Shown piece after piece: positions 24,995 through 35,601 of a stretch of DNA of 64,000 nucleotides. Every line of letters begins with the position of its first letter. The first letter of the stretch is position 1. Origin of the DNA: Vairimorpha necatrix (taxonomy: Eukaryota); the NCBI GenBank assembly GCA_036630325.1, contig CP142732.1, positions 806,001-870,000 on the forward strand, in the 5' to 3' direction. The notes under the pieces were generated by a model that ran no database searches, had not been told where the DNA came from, and saw nothing but the letters and a program-made list of their open reading frames with translations. The position numbers and the translations under genes are program-made.

Positions 24995-27595
24995 ATGAAT
25001 GCAAAAAAAAATTATAAAGAAGTCACACATTCTATAAATGTAGACAAAAACTGGATACCAAAAGACTACGCCGAAGTTGTAGATGAATCAATTCTTAACA
25101 TTTCTTTTACTCCCGATAATTTTCAGAAACAGTCTTTTTATTTTTTATCAAAACAAGAATCTGTTTTCGTTGCTGCTCACACAAGCGCAGGAAAGACTTT
25201 GGTGGCCGAGTACGCCATTTGTTTATCAGAAAAATCAAATTTAAGAACAATTTATACAAGTCCAATTAAAGCACTGAGCAATCAAAAGTACTACGATTTT
25301 AAGCAGAAATTTGATGATGTGGGAATTATCACTGGAGATGTACAAGTCAATCCGTCAGCAAATTGCCTAATTATGACCACTGAAATTCTTAGAAATTTAA
25401 TTTATAAAAATAACGACATTTTACACAATACTAGATACATTGTATTTGATGAAGTACATTACATCAATGACCAAGAAAGAGGGGTAGTATGGGAAGAATG
25501 TATAATAATGATGCCTAAACACATCACTCTAGTACTTCTTAGTGCTACTATTCCAAATTCTAAAGAATTCAGTGATTGGGTAGGCAGAACAAATAATCGA
25601 ATAATTTATATTATGTCAACAGACAAAAGACCTGTTCCTTTAGAACACTTGATTTATTCGGACAGAGAAGTTTACTCAATTTCCGATCAACCAAATGTAA
25701 AGCCTTTATCAAATATAAAAACCAAGATTATTCCCTACGCAAAGAAAAATACGCCGACTGGCCGATTTAGAGTTCTAGAGTTAGCAAATTTTGTAGTAAG
25801 AAAAAAGTTGGTCCCGTCAATATTTTTCTGCTTTTCTAGACGGAAATGCGAAACTTTACTCGAAGAATTGAGCAGCTTGGATTTGACGACTATAAAAGAA
25901 AAAAAAGATATCAACGAATTTCTACGTAAGGCTCTAGAGCAACTACCCGAAGTGGATAGATCTTTGCCACAAGTACTTAAGCTGAAGAAATACGCAAGTT
26001 TAGGCATAATGATCCATCATGGTGCTCTTCTGCCTTTTATAAAAGAATGTGTAGAAATTTTATTTTCTTTGAATTTGATAAAAATTTTAATAGCCACAGA
26101 AACTTTTGCTATGGGCGTGAATATGCCCGCGAAATGTGTAGCTTTTCTTTCTCTCAGCAAAATTGACGGCGATAATTTTAGAAATTTGACTACTGGCGAA
26201 TACACGCAAATGAGTGGCAGAGCGGGAAGAAGAGGAATGGATAGAATTGGAACTGTATTAATCGCCGATGAAAAGGTCCCGAGCCTTCATTCCATTAAAA
26301 GAGTCATAGAGGGTACTCCTATTTCTCTAAATAGTCAATTCAGACTTAGTTTCGGTCTAATTCTCATAGCTTTACGATCGAATGTAAAAGTAGAAGATTT
26401 AATGAAAAAAAGCTACAAAGAACATTTTAAACAAAAAAACGAAAACAAAGATTTGTACAACCTCGTAGAACTAGAAACAATTAGCGAACCAGATTGTGAA
26501 GATATAATTTCTTATGTAAAAATTTTAAAATTTATTGCCGAGTCAAATAAAAAGCTTCTAATGAAATATAAACTAGCAAAAGAAAATGATTTTGTTTTGC
26601 TTTACAACAATGACGTTGTTCAAATAAAAAACATCAATGAAGACGGATCGTGTACCGTCATAAAACAAGAAAATCAAGATATTGAAAATTTGGTCGCCCA
26701 ATTAAATTTAAAAAATAATTTGCTGATGAGCGAGGAATTGTTAAGACTTCCCCATACAATTTATCAAGCATCAAAATTGAGTAAATTTAAGATTTCCGAA
26801 ATTTTTTGCATTCTTAAAGATGGCAAGCCTTGGTTCGATTACGAACTAAAAAATGTAGAAGATTTTTTATTATTAAAAAAATTGAAAGAATCTTACGACC
26901 ATCTTACAAAATTAAAATGTATGAATTGTGAGCATTTTGTAGAACATTATGTTAACACTGTACAATTTTTATCAGCTCAAGAAGAAATTGCAAGAATAAA
27001 ACTCAAGTATAGTATTAATAATTTGGATATGATCGACGAATATAACAATAGAATCAAGTTTCTTGTAAAAAATAATTTTTTTGATGAACACGTGACTCTT
27101 AAAGGAAGAGTTGCGGCCGAAATACGAACAGTAAATGAAATTTTATCTACTGAAATGATTTTTGATAATGAATTTAAAAATTTTTCGCCTGAAATTATAG
27201 TTTCACTTTTTTCAAGTATGATATTTGAAGAAGAAATCGACGAATTTAAATATTCCGACGAACTGGACGAAGGAGTTTCTCGCCTTCTTTATCATTTTGA
27301 AAAATTATCGAAAGACATTGACGATTTTTTTATTCCGCCGTTTAAATTATTAAATTTCTCAATAATGCAAGCAGTTTTAGACTGGTGCCACAAAGAATCC
27401 TTGCAAAGCATTGTCAACAAGTATCAAATTTCTGAAGGATCTTTTGTAAGATTAATTCTCAGATTAGACGAATGTTGCAGAGAAATGGTCAATGCGACGA
27501 TTTTAATCGGAGATAAAGATTTAGAAAATAAATTCGAAGAAGCTTCTAAGCTTTTAAAAAGAGATATTGTATTTTTACCGAGTTTATATTTATAA
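24995..27595 (+). CDS. SKI2: Ski2-like DExH RNA helicase
   Basis: SVFVAAHTSAGKT, DEVHY, SAT, QMSGRAGRRG, and DSHCT C-terminus KRDIVFLPSLYL. Confidence 0.88.
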   Translation: MNAKKNYKEVTHSINVDKNWIPKDYAEVVDESILNISFTPDNFQKQSFYFLSKQESVFVAAHTSAGKTLVAEYAICLSEKSNLRTIYTSPIKALSNQKYYDFKQKFDDVGIITGDVQVNPSANCLIMTTEILRNLIYKNNDILHNTRYIVFDEVHYINDQERGVVWEECIIMMPKHITLVLLSATIPNSKEFSDWVGRTNNRIIYIMSTDKRPVPLEHLIYSDREVYSISDQPNVKPLSNIKTKIIPYAKKNTPTGRFRVLELANFVVRKKLVPSIFFCFSRRKCETLLEELSSLDLTTIKEKKDINEFLRKALEQLPEVDRSLPQVLKLKKYASLGIMIHHGALLPFIKECVEILFSLNLIKILIATETFAMGVNMPAKCVAFLSLSKIDGDNFRNLTTGEYTQMSGRAGRRGMDRIGTVLIADEKVPSLHSIKRVIEGTPISLNSQFRLSFGLILIALRSNVKVEDLMKKSYKEHFKQKNENKDLYNLVELETISEPDCEDIISYVKILKFIAESNKKLLMKYKLAKENDFVLLYNNDVVQIKNINEDGSCTVIKQENQDIENLVAQLNLKNNLLMSEELLRLPHTIYQASKLSKFKISEIFCILKDGKPWFDYELKNVEDFLLLKKLKESYDHLTKLKCMNCEHFVEHYVNTVQFLSAQEEIARIKLKYSINNLDMIDEYNNRIKFLVKNNFFDEHVTLKGRVAAEIRTVNEILSTEMIFDNEFKNFSPEIIVSLFSSMIFEEEIDEFKYSDELDEGVSRLLYHFEKLSKDIDDFFIPPFKLLNFSIMQAVLDWCHKESLQSIVNKYQISEGSFVRLILRLDECCREMVNATILIGDKDLENKFEEASKLLKRDIVFLPSLYL

Positions 27596-27614
27596 ATTAA
27601 AATTTAATATTTTT

Positions 27615-29093
27615 TTATTTTCCTATAAACATGTTATTTATACTATCATTTAGTATGTCGATGTTTCCTTTATAATCTTTTTTCGCTATTTCTTCCCAAA
27701 TGTATTTTTTAAAAAAATTTATGACTTTAATTCTGATCTCATCAGGCAAATAATAAGTTTTAAAAGCATCAATATTTGAATCTATAAACGAAGTAAGTTT
27801 GTCTGTGTTTCTTTTTTGTAATTCGGTTTTAAATGTATTTACTACATTGTCAATAGAATCTTGGATTTTATTCCTCAGGTCAGGTTTTATATAATTTTGT
27901 AAAGTATACAAATTGTTAATCAAGTAAATATATTTTTTTAGATCGGGCAAAGTTTCAGAAAATTTTAAAATTTTTATCATTAGCATTTTTGTGAATGTTT
28001 CGTTACATTCGTCCAGTGTTTTGATTTTGAACATCGGCCCATAATTTCTCAAAAATACATTTGTTAATATTTTGTACCTATTCATTGAGTCCAAAGCTCT
28101 TCTCAAGTTTAAAGCCAAATGTTCCACGTCGCAATATTTGTTGGGCCTGTCAAGTCTGTTAACATCATCTCCGTAGGTAATAAAAATATTACATATTATT
28201 TTATTTATGGGATCTTTAAAGACGAATAAAGATTCCACTTCTTTAATTCTCTTTTCTTCATTGTGTTTCAAATTATTATTTAATTCCATTAAAAATGGCA
28301 CATCTTCAAGTTTCTCTTCCCTTTCTATTACTTGTAAATTGTCGCCAATTATCTTTGTTAAATTTATTATTAAGATTTTATTTAGTCCTAAATTTATACT
28401 TTGTCCATATTTTTCTCCTAGTACTTTAATGTTGTAATTATTTATTTCGTCCAGGTACCCGTCAATATTCGAAGATCTCTCAAGTAATTTCGATTTATTG
28501 AATTCTATGTCTCTATAAGAGACCTTATTAAATAGTTCATTAGAATATTTACTAAGGAAATCTTTGTTGTTTTCTTGTTCCATTAGAAATTCCGAAATTT
28601 TACTCAACTTTTCGGTGTCTTTGTTTTCCCAAAGATTTTTAAAAAACACAATCTCAAACTTAAAAATTGTAGAAGTTAAAAATTCTTCATTTTCTTGTAA
28701 TAATTTTTTTACTATTAAAATATTATCATAAAAATTTAGTGATTTTTTATTTTTACACAAAATTCTACAATTTTCTAAATTTTCAATAGCTTGATCTAAA
28801 TTTGTAATTTGAATTTTTTTATTTTTAATTTCATGAAAATCATTGTCGCATTGTATGAAAATTTCGTAGAAATTAGACAATTCGTCTAAATTTTTTTTTG
28901 GTTCAATAAAAGATTTAAATTTTTCAGTGGCGTCCATTTGCGTGAGCTCGACTGTTTTGTAAATTTTTTTTATTATTTTGTCTAAATTTTCTGATGTTTT
29001 TAAAATTTTTTGAATTTCTTCCTGAAAATTTTTCTTTTTGTGTTCAATTTTGCCGATTAGGTCGGGTGTGTTGATTTGATTTGTTTTTGACAT
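27615..29093 (-). CDS. Helical-rod protein, possibly exocyst subunit Exo70-like
   Basis: 492-aa ORF with CCC-ATG and an N-terminal coiled coil. C-terminal IYLINN and YLPDEIR resemble Exo70 motifs (weak). Confidence 0.5.
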   Translation of the reverse strand: MSKTNQINTPDLIGKIEHKKKNFQEEIQKILKTSENLDKIIKKIYKTVELTQMDATEKFKSFIEPKKNLDELSNFYEIFIQCDNDFHEIKNKKIQITNLDQAIENLENCRILCKNKKSLNFYDNILIVKKLLQENEEFLTSTIFKFEIVFFKNLWENKDTEKLSKISEFLMEQENNKDFLSKYSNELFNKVSYRDIEFNKSKLLERSSNIDGYLDEINNYNIKVLGEKYGQSINLGLNKILIINLTKIIGDNLQVIEREEKLEDVPFLMELNNNLKHNEEKRIKEVESLFVFKDPINKIICNIFITYGDDVNRLDRPNKYCDVEHLALNLRRALDSMNRYKILTNVFLRNYGPMFKIKTLDECNETFTKMLMIKILKFSETLPDLKKYIYLINNLYTLQNYIKPDLRNKIQDSIDNVVNTFKTELQKRNTDKLTSFIDSNIDAFKTYYLPDEIRIKVINFFKKYIWEEIAKKDYKGNIDILNDSINNMFIGK

Positions 29094-29319
29094 TGAGGGT
29101 TAAAAAAAATCAAAGTTTTGAGATTTTCATAATGTTTTTTTATATTTTGGCAAAGAAAAAAATCGATCAAGCAAATTAAAACATAATATAAAACATTTCT
29201 GAAAATTTTTTAAAAAATTAAATTTTTAAACTTTAATTGACTAGCTTGTTTTAAATTCATGATTATTTCTTAAAATTAACTACAATTTCTTTAATGTTTT
29301 TCTTTTTCTTAACCCTTTT

Positions 29320-30519
29320 ATGAGTATCGAAGAATTAAAGAAATATGACGCTGATGTAGAAAATAGAAGCCTGGAAGAAATAGTTGAAAGAACAAAATTG
29401 ATAAATTCTGAGACAAGAATCCTTCAAAGCAGAGTAAATAATATAAAACATGACACTGCTACCAAGTCAGCTCAAGTTGCTGAAAATATGGAGAAAATTA
29501 GGATAAATAAACAACTTCCTTATCTAGTTGGAAATGTAGTGGAAGTATTTGATGAAGGAAATGGCGTCGTAAATACGTCCACTAGAATCACGTCTTATTT
29601 GCCTATGTTGGGCTTGGTGAATGAAAACGAATTAAAACCTGGGGAACTAGTGGCGCTTCATAAGGAAACTAATATTATTTTTGAGAAATTACCTCCAAAT
29701 TATGACACTAAGGTCAAGGCCATGGAGTTGGACACTAAGCCCGATGAGACTTATGAGGACATAGGAGGGCTAGAAAGACAAATAGAAGAACTAAATGAAG
29801 CCATCGTTCTTCCCCTTACGCACCCAGAAAGATTTGCCAGATTGAAAATTAAACCTCCAAAAGGTGTGCTCATGTACGGGCCGCCCGGAACAGGGAAAAC
29901 TTTAATGGCAAGAGCGTGTGCGAGTAAAACAAATGCGACATTTTTAAAGTTGGCCGGACCTCAATTAGTCCAAATGTACATTGGAGATGGCGCGAGATTA
30001 GTAAGAGACGCATTTGCACTAGCCAAAGAAAAGGCTCCTACTATCATTTTTATAGATGAAATAGACGCCATTGGTACAAAGAGAGTTGCTTCTGATAAAA
30101 CAGGAGACAGAGAAGTCCAAAGAACTATGTTGGAATTATTAAATCAACTTGACGGCTTCACATCTCACGATAATGTCAAAATTATCGCGGCGACAAACCG
30201 AGTCGACATTCTCGACCCTGCACTTTTGAGAAGTGGAAGATTAGATCGTAAAATCGAATTCCCTTTGCCAAATTCAGAAGGAAGAAAAAGAATTTTACAA
30301 ATTCATTCTAGAAAAATGAATATTGAAAATAATGTAAACTTTGACGAATTGTCAAGGAGTACTGAAGGATTTAATGGCGCACAATGTAAAGCAGTGTGTG
30401 TTGAAGCAGGAATGGCGGCCTTAAGGAAAGACAAAAATCAAATTTCCCAAAATGATTTTATGGATGGAATATTGGAAGTTTTAGCCAGAAAGAAATCTAA
30501 ACTTGTTTACTTTACTTGA
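29320..30519 (+). CDS. RPT5: 26S proteasome AAA-ATPase subunit Rpt5 (6A)
   Basis: [62 protein letters not shown]. Confidence 0.95.
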   Translation: MSIEELKKYDADVENRSLEEIVERTKLINSETRILQSRVNNIKHDTATKSAQVAENMEKIRINKQLPYLVGNVVEVFDEGNGVVNTSTRITSYLPMLGLVNENELKPGELVALHKETNIIFEKLPPNYDTKVKAMELDTKPDETYEDIGGLERQIEELNEAIVLPLTHPERFARLKIKPPKGVLMYGPPGTGKTLMARACASKTNATFLKLAGPQLVQMYIGDGARLVRDAFALAKEKAPTIIFIDEIDAIGTKRVASDKTGDREVQRTMLELLNQLDGFTSHDNVKIIAATNRVDILDPALLRSGRLDRKIEFPLPNSEGRKRILQIHSRKMNIENNVNFDELSRSTEGFNGAQCKAVCVEAGMAALRKDKNQISQNDFMDGILEVLARKKSKLVYFT

Positions 30520-30646
30520 TTAAATAATTGTATTCAAATTTATGTTTTTTTTTAAGTGTTTTTGTTTTTTATAAAACATTTTTTTGTTTCATTACATTGG
30601 TAAAAAATTCTCCTTAAAAATATAAAAAAAAAATTATTTTTTTTTC

Positions 30647-31684
30647 ATGGCGGTTGAAAAAATTAAGAAACTTGGAAATATCATGATTTTTACTTTAATC
30701 ATGATATACTACATAGAAGGCCTAATCTTACTAGTTTTATTAATGTTGTGTTTTTCAATATTACAAATAAAACATGGTAGAAGACTTTTGAAACGTATTT
30801 GGATGCATCTTACCTTATCCGCTTTGTCTTACCTTTTTCCTAAACCAATTTTCATTTGTTACAACCCGAAAATAATGAACAAATCAAAAAATATTATTAT
30901 TTCAAACCACCTATCGGAATTCGACTGGCTGATGATCCTGACGAGTCTTATTAGACTGGAAAGATTCAAAAATATTTGTATTGTTTTAAAAGACAGTCTA
31001 CAGAGCATTCCTCTACTTGGGTATGGAATGAAATATTTCGGATATATTTTTTTAAATCGAAGAATCGAAGTAGACAGAGAAATCATAAAAACAGGAATAG
31101 AAAGATTAAAAGACAATGGAAATTTCGATCTTCTCATTTTTCCTGAGGGAACATATCTGGATTCTGAAAGTATTCAGGTGACAAAAAAATATATAAAAAA
31201 AAATCCTTGTTTAATTGACGGACGGGACTTCGTCCCATCAGAAGTTTTATTACCACACGTAACTGGTTTTGATATAATAAGAGAATCATTAAATGGGAAT
31301 GCAGATGGAGTTATAGACATAACTTTATTGATAAATCCATATAAAAAATATCCGCAAGATTTTTATACATATTTAAAATGTTTAACAGATTTTCAAGACA
31401 GAATTAATTTTGTAATATTTTTGGACTATGTGGAAGATTTTAATGACGTTGATTTTATTTTCAGAAAATTCAAAGAAAAAGACCATATGATTAAAAAATA
31501 CAAAAAATTAGAAATTGGAGAAATAAAAAGTCAAGAAGAATTTATGATTGTAGCGAAAAAACTCGAAAAACATACGAAAGATTGTGTTTTTGATGCAATT
31601 TTTATACAATCAGATTGGAGTCCTTTTTTTTACGTTTTTTTTATATTTTTAAACTTATTAGGACTTTATATTGCAAAAAAATAA
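30647..31684 (+). CDS. Lysophospholipid acyltransferase (PlsC/LCLAT-like)
   Basis: NH..EFD (HxxxxD), IFLNR and FPEGT motifs; N- and C-terminal TM segments. Confidence 0.88.
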   Translation: MAVEKIKKLGNIMIFTLIMIYYIEGLILLVLLMLCFSILQIKHGRRLLKRIWMHLTLSALSYLFPKPIFICYNPKIMNKSKNIIISNHLSEFDWLMILTSLIRLERFKNICIVLKDSLQSIPLLGYGMKYFGYIFLNRRIEVDREIIKTGIERLKDNGNFDLLIFPEGTYLDSESIQVTKKYIKKNPCLIDGRDFVPSEVLLPHVTGFDIIRESLNGNADGVIDITLLINPYKKYPQDFYTYLKCLTDFQDRINFVIFLDYVEDFNDVDFIFRKFKEKDHMIKKYKKLEIGEIKSQEEFMIVAKKLEKHTKDCVFDAIFIQSDWSPFFYVFFIFLNLLGLYIAKK

Positions 31685-33159
31685 AAGTTAACTTATTAAA
31701 GATTTTTTAACAGTTTTTTCAAAAGAAATTTTATTGTTTTTTTTTTTGATAAGTTATATTGATTATTTGTAAAAATAACCGTCTTGTATAAGACTTTTTA
31801 AGCTCAATATTGAATAAATGCTTTCGTTGTCTAATATTTGTTACATCCTCTAGAATTTAACCGTTGGAATTCGAACTACAACTTTATTTTCAAAAACACA
31901 CTAGGTTAATTATGTTATTTATTTTTGTATTTTTGGCGCAACAACAGAAGCAACCTAACGAAACATAACGAATTAAATCTATTATAATCGAAAATTAAAT
32001 TTACGAAATAGATAAACAACTTTTTCTATTTTACAGCATTTCCCTTTTTGATTTTCTTCGATGAGTTTGAAACAAGGAAAAAAATCTCAAAGAAGTCAAC
32101 ACTACTTTTGAAAATACAATAATTGATAGCAATCGTTATTTAGTTAATTTCTGGTACTTACAATTTCTATTTCGATAAAAAATTATTTTTTATGCTTTAC
32201 AATACTTTATACAACCAAACAATTAAATCTTTAATAGTTAGCCATATATTTAAGACAATTAAAAAAAAAATTTTGAATAAAAGTTTTTTTTTTAAGTGAT
32301 CAATTTATGTAGTACAGTCCTGACATTAAGGAGAAATATGAATATTATCATAGAAATAAAATATTTTTGTCATAATTTAGTACCTAAAGGTACTTGTATA
32401 TTCCATTATTTTTAATTAAATTCATAAGCATAGAAAAAAAAAAATAAGAAATTAAATTCTTAAGATAATATACGAATATTAATATATTTAAATCCTATCG
32501 AGATGCATTATTAACATTTATAAAATTTTTTCTTTTTATTGTGTTGATGAAAAAATAAAATCTTAACAAGAATTTTTTTTTTTTTTATTTTTTTTCCTTT
32601 AAAGGCAAGAAAAATCAATTATTTTTTTTTTCTAATGTTTTATTAATTACATAAAATCAAAAATCAATAAATTTTATGAACCAATCAAAATTTGATTGAT
32701 TTTATAATGAAAATACTTGCGCAGGCAAAAATTACGACATTGTTATCTTAAAATGTAATAATTTATATGTGTAAAAATAATAAAACATAAAATCAACTTA
32801 ATTTTATATAATCGTATATTTAAAAAAAACAATTTGTTTTTCTAGTAACAATTAAATACAATTTACTGAATTATCTTGCATACGGCAACTTCCAGATTAA
32901 TCGTCACATTAATAAAAAACAATAATAATTCACTTTTTAATATTTTATGTTCCTGGACCTGGTTACCTAGAATACTAACCAAAATGCCAGCAGTAATAGA
33001 TTAAATTAATATATTAAAAAAAAGCGAATATGAAAAAAGCAAAAAAAATGACAAAAAAATTAAAATTTAATTGGTAGTTCTTGATATAGAATTTTTATCT
33101 TAAGGAGAAACTCCCCTTTTCTCCTTTTAACACATAAAAACAAAAAAAATTATTAAGAT

Positions 33160-33981
33160 ATGGTAGCTAGTAAAGATTCAAGGTCATCTAAATTTTCAAA
33201 ATCAGGTAAAAAACAAGAACAATCTGAAGACTCGACGTGCGCCGATCTTTCGAGTGTTGAATCAAATTGTGAAGCAGTTTTTGACATTAAAAAGGAAAAT
33301 TATGATGATTCAAATGAAATTAGTGAAAAGGTAAGTTCCCATTTTGAGAAGCTTAAATCACAGAGACATGTCCCGGATCAGAAAAATTCTATTCGCAAAA
33401 GAAAAAACGGGCCTGAATTAATAAACTCGCCCATTGCCGCTCAACAAAAAACAAATAAAACAGGCTTAGATTATTTAAAAGAAATAGCTGACCAAATAAG
33501 TTTTGAATCAAAAAAAAAACTTTATAAAGAAAAAAGTTTTTCGCCTGAAAATTCAATTACACAAAAGATCAGAAAATTAAAAGAAGATAAGATGAATAAA
33601 TCTAATCACAATATAAAAGAAAACTCTTCAGAAGTTCCCAAAAATAAAACAAATAGAGAACTGATACAAAATAAAAAACCTAAAAAAGAGGGAGAAATGG
33701 ATGAAATATCCGAGAATGAAACTATAAAATGTTTTGCAGATTTCTCGGATAGTATGTTTTCTACGCGAAAAAGTAAAGGCGAGACAATGTTTTGTTGTGC
33801 TGATGCCGACTGTAACGTGGAATTGCCTTCTATGAGTCGAATCAAAAGGCACTACCTAGTACATACCGACCTAAAACCTTTTAAATGTCTTAGTAAAAAA
33901 TGTACTAAGAAATTTTCAAGGAAAGATAATATGTTGCAACATTACAGAATGCACTGTAAGAAAAATAGAAAAAAGGATTGA
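33160..33981 (+). CDS. C2H2 zinc-finger transcription factor, paralog A
   Basis: Two C-terminal fingers: C-ADAD-C...RIKRHYLVH-TDLKPFK-C-LSKK-C..KFSRKDNMLQHYRMHC. Confidence 0.88.
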   Translation: MVASKDSRSSKFSKSGKKQEQSEDSTCADLSSVESNCEAVFDIKKENYDDSNEISEKVSSHFEKLKSQRHVPDQKNSIRKRKNGPELINSPIAAQQKTNKTGLDYLKEIADQISFESKKKLYKEKSFSPENSITQKIRKLKEDKMNKSNHNIKENSSEVPKNKTNRELIQNKKPKKEGEMDEISENETIKCFADFSDSMFSTRKSKGETMFCCADADCNVELPSMSRIKRHYLVHTDLKPFKCLSKKCTKKFSRKDNMLQHYRMHCKKNRKKD

Positions 33982-34287
33982 TCTTGTTTTATTAATATAG
34001 AAACTTGAAAAAATAATAAAAACTTTACTTATTTAATAATAATATCGCCATATATTTTTTCTAAAATTGAATTTATTGATTGTAATATAAATTATTAATT
34101 ATGTATTTTTAAATTTTACTGTGTAAAAAATTGTCTTAAAAAAATGAAAATTAAGCCTACCAAGTAAACTTAAAAAAGATTTTTTCATATCAAAATTTCA
34201 TTGTGTTAAATTTAAATCCAATGAAGACGCAATAATTCTACATGATTTTCTTGACAATAAAACACGCCAATTCGTTGTTTACAGGGG

Positions 34288-34375
34288 TTTGCATTTCTAT
34301 ATTCCCATGTTTGCATTTCTTATATTCCCATGTTTGCATTTCTATATTCCCATGTTTGCATTTCTATATTCCCAT
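34288..34375. repeat. Left terminal array, 4 copies of the 22-23-bp unit TTTGCATTTCTATATTCCCATG
   Basis: Read directly from the sequence. Confidence 0.9.
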
Positions 34376-35404
34376 AAAAATAAGAAATTTCAAAATAATA
34401 AAAAATGTTTATTAAAATAAATCTTCTCTTGCTCTTCCCTTTTCTAGCCAGCCTATCATATTTCTGTAAAACGCAGGACACTCACGGCTATAATCTAAAC
34501 TCAAAACTTTCTCAATAATTGTTTCAATTAGACTTTCTGATGATTTAAAAGATGAAAATCTTGCCCTGAGCATCGAAAAAAACTCTTCAATGGGATTTAG
34601 TTGTAGTGAATAAGTAGGCAGAAATTTATGATTAATGCCCAGATTATTTAATTTTTGTAAAACTTCCCGCGAATGATGAAAACTGGCATTATCCATTATA
34701 AGAACTTTACCAGGATTATTCCAAAAGAACATAGATAATTCATTTTCAACAAAATTCATAAAACTCTCGGAATTATATGCTCCAAGTTTATACTCAAATG
34801 CCAATAATCCATTTATAGTAATTACTCACATACAGCTTATATTTTTGCCACAATTTGCTGGCACAATATTATAGGCTTTGGTATTCTTTTCTGAATATCC
34901 AGAACTTCGCGTAGTAAAGCGTTGAACCCAGTTTCATCAAGAAAAAATTAGGTTTTCGATCGAGTGAGTACCTACTGATTTCGGAGGCATAGATACTCCT
35001 TTGATTTATTTTGTCCAATGAGTTACGTTCAACAGGAATCCAACTGAGCCTTGTTCTTTATACCGAGTTTTTTGAGTTTTCTCGATATTAAAGATTTTGA
35101 CAAATTTACATTCGTTCGTAAATTTAACTCATTAAAAATTTCCTGTAAAGTCATATCGTTTGCACAATCAACTATGTTTTTAACAACTCGGTCTGTATTC
35201 GAAAGCATTTCATTTTGATACAACTGCCGAATAGACCTTGTAGGTTGATTGTGCTGGTTTCGAATAATAGATTCAACGGTTTTACGATGTAAATCAACCA
35301 TAGTCGACATTTCGGCCATGGATCGTTTTTCATCTTTTGTCAACTCAAGAACCATATTCTTTAATTCGTTGGTTATTGTTTTCCTTATTTTTCTTACTAT
35401 TAAG

Positions 35405-35601
35405 GGGAATATAGAAATGCAAACATGGGAATATAGAAATGCAAACATGGGAATATAGAAATGCAAACATGGAAATATAGAAATGCAAACATGGAAATGT
35501 AAGAAATGCAAACATGGGAATGTAAGAAATGCAAACATGGGAATATAGAAATGCAAACATGGGAATATAAAAATGCAAACATGGGAATATAAAAATGCAA
35601 A
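35405..35601. repeat. Right terminal array, 9 copies of the inverted 22-23-bp unit GGGAATATAGAAATGCAAACAT
   Basis: Read directly; it explains the repetitive spurious ORFs at 35345-35665. Confidence 0.9.
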